Origin: Macrostomum lignano
Taxonomy: Eukaryota
Assembly: GCA_002269645.1 (NCBI GenBank)
Contig: NIVC01004622.1
Location: 1 to 40,345, forward strand
Direction: 5' to 3'
DNA length: 40,345 nt
Shown in pieces: positions 33,779 to 40,345 of the stretch. The position numbers and the translations under genes are program-made. The notes beneath the pieces were generated by a model. The model did not search any database, had not been told where the DNA came from, and saw only the letters and a program-made list of their open reading frames with translations. Positions within the stretch are counted from its first letter, which is position 1. Each line of letters starts with the position of its first letter.

Positions 33779-34339
33779 GTCAGGCGATAGGGCTCAATGT
33801 ACATAGCGAATGTACAGTGTTTTGGAATAACTTTTTAATAGCGCAGCGCGTGGAGAGGCGTGGAGAGGAGAGACAGTTTCAGTGAGAGATTCAAACCACT
33901 GTCCTCTGTATAGACACAAGTCTGCAGCAGTTTAATAGTAGATGGCAAACAGGCAAATCAAGGCGATGCGGGATGGTTTGTAAAAATAGCGAAAAATTAA
34001 TGAATAACTTATTACAATGCAATACTACTCAATTAGTTACACCATGAAGCTTTTAACATTAAGTTTCGCATAGGGTAACTTTAAAATTTAAATGACTCCT
34101 AAGAAATGCGTATTTCCTTGGTTGTTAGACTGCTGCAGAGTGCAGACTGGGTGGTGGAGCTGGAGATACACAAATTCCTCTCAGGGCTGCTAATTGGCCA
34201 GAAAGGTGACGTGATTAAAGCATGAGAAATGATAACCATGATAGTACCGTCCCACAAACTGGCTTTCGAAGCAGGGATCGGTAGATTTTTAACTCAAAGG
34301 CCAGATAAAGAATCCAACTCATGGCTGCGGGCCAGATGA

Positions 34340-35860
<1,521 letters not shown>

Positions 35861-36131
35861 AATCGAAGTTTCTAAGGATCCAAGGGACATAAGGAGAGGC
35901 AGAGGCCAGAGTTTGCCTGTTCGCAGCACCCCAGCCAACAATATAAATGTTTGCCTCAAATCCTAATTTTTCACGAATGTACTCTATTTTATGTTTAATT
36001 CTAACCTAACTATTAACAAGTTTTTGTTTGAGTTTGACCTCAGATTTTAGAATACGACATACGAGTACATGCAAAAATAGTTCCAGGGATTGAAATTCCC
36101 GGGTTCAAAATCCGCGGGTTTCAACAGCTTG

Positions 36132-36642
36132 TATACACATAAAATCAAAACTCTGTGTCTGTGTACAAATTACTTTGCTATGGACTCCCAAACCGCTCAA
36201 CCAAATGACACCAAATTTTGCACCCACCCTAAACTCACTACGGAGAATGTCATAGGCTACCTTAAAATTTCCTAAATTTTAGTCTTCCTACCTAAAAGTG
36301 CAAAAAACAACTCTTCACTAAATCCTCCATAGCGCCGCTCCAGTTTTGTCAATCCTCTTTAAATTTGTCACAATCAATTTTCAACTATTTTGACACAACC
36401 GTGTAAAATTTTGAGTCTCAAAGTTAATCCTGACACGGCGCTGTGCACTTTTAAAGTTAGGCTGTTTTTTGTCAGCGAGACATGCAGCCACCTCAACCTC
36501 CGCCTGCCTCTTTCCCGGTCTCGGCCCAGAGAGGGTAAATGGGTTTAAAAATAGACTATAGACTCCATAGGCCCACAGTTAGTTGGAGGCTGAAACCGAA
36601 AGTGGAAGTTTGAGCCATAGACAAACTAGCTTCAACAGCTTG
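36132..36642 (+). mobile_element. Second, more diverged Helitron copy directly abutting the first
   Basis: 36140-36510 homologous to 32535-32925; possible end TTCAACAGCTTG|T at 36642 without the usual hairpin. Confidence 0.65.
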
Positions 36643-38080
36643 TATTTGATAATAAAGAACATGTGAAATTATGTGAAAACGAAGAGAGTCAGCAAACGTG
36701 CGCTGATGGACCTGATATACCGGTGTTGCAACAGTATGACTGTTCGAGAGTTCGAGAGAATGCAATAAGGGGTGTGAAATAGGGTAAAAATAGTAACTAT
36801 GAAGACAAACCGGAACCAAGATGCACATTAATGACGGGATTTTCGGTTCCCCCAGTTCCACGAACATCAAACCATACTACAGCAAAAAATCTTTTAAAAA
36901 TTAAACTAAAAGTAATTTTTAATATAACATCTTAGTAGACCACCAAAAATATCTTTTCATTTGAACATCTGTGAGCTTCATGGCCCGAATGCTGATATGG
37001 AGAGTGATTCTTCGTGCATTATTAGCCTGATTGGCAACGCTGGCGACCTGCGACCTCTAATTTTCCTCGTCTGTGGAAAGCACAGAAAGAGGTGGGTTCA
37101 AGCGTTGTCAGCATATTGAAGACCGAGATGCTGACTGTGTCTGCTGACGTCACAGCAGACCTGACATGCCACGGCGCAGACGCACGCTGCCAGCAGTGGT
37201 TCATTATATCTGGTGCTCCATGTGGAGAGGAAAACCTTTCATATGAGGGGCCAGGCCCGAACCCATTGATCAATCCAAACTAGATGTACATGTATAGCTG
37301 TTCTACGTGTTCTCTATATACACTGCTCTTTGCAATCTGAACCATGTCATCACAGCCTTAACAGTAGAACGACCAAGGGGGGGGGAAATTTCTCCCCCCT
37401 GACAATTTTTTTTGCTGCGCCGGAACGGAGCAACGCAGGCACACAAAATTCAAGAACACGGGCTAACTTTTTGTTGCGCACCTTCTCAAACAAGAATCAA
37501 GTCGCCAGCCCTCCGGACCGTCGAGATATTCGACGATTCTGCCAGAAGGTCGGATTTTTCCCATAAGCGCTAGTGTATTCAGTACACCCCTGTGCGCCAA
37601 TCAGCACTGCGCCTCAGTGCAGCCTTGCCAAGTCTCCAAATTTCATCAGCACGTCGACCACATGTGTCTGCATCAGTTCTGACTTCGTTGGTCACTAGCC
37701 TTCACCCAGGTGGAGCTTCTGGACCTCAACAGCTGTGGCACCGGGTGACTATGGACACCCTGATGCGGATTTCTCTAGTTTCGTCGATCAAGCCTCGACA
37801 GTGGGCAAGAATCAACCGTCAGACATTCTCAGCTAGTCTTTCAAGCATTCCGTCATCATCCCGACGCCGTCGGCACCTTCAACAGGTGGCACCAGGTGAC
37901 TACGGACATCATGTTGCAAATATGTCAGGTTTTTCTTATCAAGCTTCAATAATGGGCAAACCTCAACTGCTGGACATCCTCAGCTAGTCAGTCAAGCATT
38001 CAGCCATCACACCGACGCCGTCGGCACCTTCAACAGGTGGCACCAGGTGACTACGGACATCCTGTTGCAAATATGTCAGA

Positions 38081-39646
38081 CAAGCTGTTGAAACCCGCGG
38101 ATTTTGAACCTGGGGAATTCAAATCCCCGGAACCATTTTTGCATGTATTTTAAAATCCAAAGTCATACTCAAAACTTGTTAATAGTTGGATAGAGGTTGT
38201 GAACGAAACTTGATATAAATGTGTATTAAAAAGTATATTTCTAGAATAGAATAAAGCAGACAGAATAGAAACTAAGACTACACAAACGCTTACAGCATTA
38301 GGACAGTATAGAATCTGTCTGAATATTTTTAAGTAAAGGAGATGGGATTAATACGTAGCTTTCAAGCATAACAAAAAGAAGCTGTACAGCAGTTGCTGTC
38401 TAAGACTAAGTAAAAAAAAAATAATTGTACTTAAGTAGGCTATTCTAGAGAAACTAAGCAGAGTGAATATGCAGGACAACAGCAAAACCGATAAGGAACA
38501 ATAACATATTTGGGGAGTGATAAAAAACATTTTAGTATTCAAACTGCAAATTAACAGTAGAAGTACCAAGCTTTATTCTGCCAACTTTCTTTGCAAATCA
38601 ATCTTCTAGTTCTTTTCTTCTAGACCTAAACACTGATCTCTGTCCCGCTCCTGTCGTTGCTGAGTCTGGACAGTCGTTTCATTGCGTCGTGCCTCTGCGG
38701 TCTGATCTCTGTCCCGCTCCTGTCGTTGCTGAGTCTGGACAGTCGTTTCATTGCGTCGTGCCTCGGCTGTTTGCTGTCTTTTTTGTTCACGTCGTCTTTC
38801 TTCCCAATTTGCAGCCCTGAGAGGAACCTGTGTACTTCCAGTTCCATCGGAAGTGCTGGCGCCGGCTGCTGATGTCGATGATCTTGTCGGTGGTCGAAGG
38901 CTTCTTTTCTGGGCTTGTTCTCCTAAGGCACTTGCACTCGATCTGGCCTGGGCAGAGCTACCTGTGTTGTCTGCTTCCTCTGTGCTATGTGATGTTCCTG
39001 CTTCAGCCGCATTGCTTTGCCTTGTAGATCTCCATCGTCTAGCTGCAGCAGTGAAACGACCCAATGCGCTTTTCTTTGGGGGCATTTGAATTTTAAAGTG
39101 CTTTAAATAGGACTTAGTGTTACAAATTCTATTTTGTGTGACTAATTCAGGAATCAGGATTGCATCGTATCGCTTTTTGTACCACAGACAACTATGCTAG
39201 TCTTATCGATTGCCATCTTCCTCATCCAAGAGAGAAAGAAAGGCAGGCGGGCGGAGGTTGGGGTGGCTGTCTCGCTGAAAAAAAACAGCCAAACTTTAAA
39301 AGTGCACAGCGCCGTTCAGGATTAACTTTGAGACTCGAAATTTTACACGATTGTGTCAAAATAGTTGAAAATTGATTGTGTCAAATTTGAAGAGGATCGG
39401 TAGAAGTGGAGCGGCGCTATGGAGGATTAAGTGAAAAAATCGCGCATTTTGAGCAGTTTTTTGTACTTTTAGGTAGGAAGACTCAAATTTAGGAAATTTA
39501 AAGGTAGCCTAAGACATTCTCCGTAGTAAGTTTAGGGTGGGTGTAAAGTTTGGTGTAATTTGGTTGAGCGGTTTGGGAGTCCATAGCGAAGTAATTTGTC
39601 CACAGACAGACAGACAGACAGAGTTTTTGATTTTTATATGTAGAGA
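38081..39646 (-). mobile_element. Internally deleted Helitron, 1566 bp, inserted at an A|T site without TSD
   Basis: 5' TC at 39646; 3' hairpin AATCCGCGGGTT then CTTG at 38081; removing it restores the 151-bp satellite period exactly. Confidence 0.85.
38606..39085 (-). pseudogene. Truncated N-terminus of a putative Helitron Rep/Helicase ORF (MPPKKSALGR...; duplicated 23-aa RRNET-QRQE unit)
   Basis: 159-aa ORF inside the Helitron; no Rep or helicase motifs retained; family assignment from recalled N-terminal style. Confidence 0.55.
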
Positions 39647-40143
39647 TTTTTCTTATCAAGCTTCAGTAATGGGCAAACCTCAACTGCCGGACATTCTCAG
39701 CTAGTCTCTCGAGCCTTCAGTCATCACCCCGACGCCGTCGGCATCTTCAACAGGTGGCACCAGGTGAGTAAGGACACCTGAGCGTGATTTTTCATCATGC
39801 GCTTGACATTTCTGAAGCTCTCAAAATTTTTTAAGCACGGACATTGCTATATTTAGGCTTGAACTCATGTTGCTGTATATTTATATTATTATTACACATA
39901 CTTTTATACACACCGAAAAAACCGATTGAATTTACTGGCACGCAAAAAAAATTTTGGTTTTTTCATTTTTAAAAGCGTAACCCTTTCTGCATAAAAATTG
40001 GGTTCAATATTATAGTTGAATAAACTAAACAGCTTGTCAAATAAAATATGTATGTAGCTTGTATGTATAAAAGTATGTGTAATATTAATAATAAAAATAT
40101 ACAGCAACATGAGTTAAAGCTTAAATATAGCAATGTCCGATTC

Positions 40144-40345
40144 GACGGCGTCGGGATGATGACGGAATGCTTGAAAGACTAGCTGAGAATGTCTGACGGT
40201 TGATTCTTGCCCACTGTCGAGGCTTGATCGACGAAACTAGAGAAATCCGCATCAGGGTGTCCATAGTCACCCGGTGCCACAGCTGTTGAGGGTCCAGAAG
40301 CTCCACCTGGGTGAAGGCTAGTGACCAACGAAGTCAGAACTGATG
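40144..40345 (-). repeat. Inverted near-identical copy of 37671-37870; continues past the right edge
   Basis: About 200 bp reverse-complement match with one 1-nt indel seen. Confidence 0.9.

Larger units (their letters stand above)
37700..39775 (+). repeat. 151-bp diverged satellite (about 3 units) interrupted by the Helitron
   Basis: CGACGCCGTCGGC at 37862, 38013 and 39730 (equals 38164 after removing 1566 bp). Confidence 0.85.

Noticed and set aside
37592-37987. 131-aa ORF and its inverted copy at 40121-40306
   Set aside because: The 151-bp unit changes frame every copy and contains stops, which fits a non-coding satellite; GTG/internal starts.
38081-40039. CAAGCTGTT...AACAGCTTG as TIRs of a cut-and-paste element
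   Set aside because: No TSD; the satellite period is restored only by removing 38081-39646, which fits a Helitron.

Overview
Intron-rich animal genomic DNA, not prokaryotic. GC-rich exons sit between introns that each carry their own minisatellite, a style resembling the flatworm Macrostomum lignano (inference only). Three protein-coding loci are present. (1) A long minus-strand CFAP43/WDR96 ciliary gene, ATG at 21999, running off the left edge after exon 405-561, with three local frame lesions. (2) An unrecognised plus-strand multi-exon gene at about 24640-27602. (3) A two-exon mitochondrial 3-hydroxyisobutyrate dehydrogenase (HIBADH) at 29641-31016. The most striking unexplained structure is a chain of ten phase-0 micro-exons (21-60 nt, all multiples of 3) plus one larger exon inside the 3.2-kb CFAP43 intron 12707-15899. 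They splice into a stop-free ~207-aa peptide, which is either a modular cassette insert in CFAP43 or a nested same-strand micro-exon gene. Mobile DNA includes a putative solo LTR, two MITEs with 8-bp TSDs, a 26-bp P-element-like excision footprint, three Helitron copies and a long inverted repeat at the right edge. All coordinates and translations were read by hand; family assignments rest on recalled motifs, not database searches.
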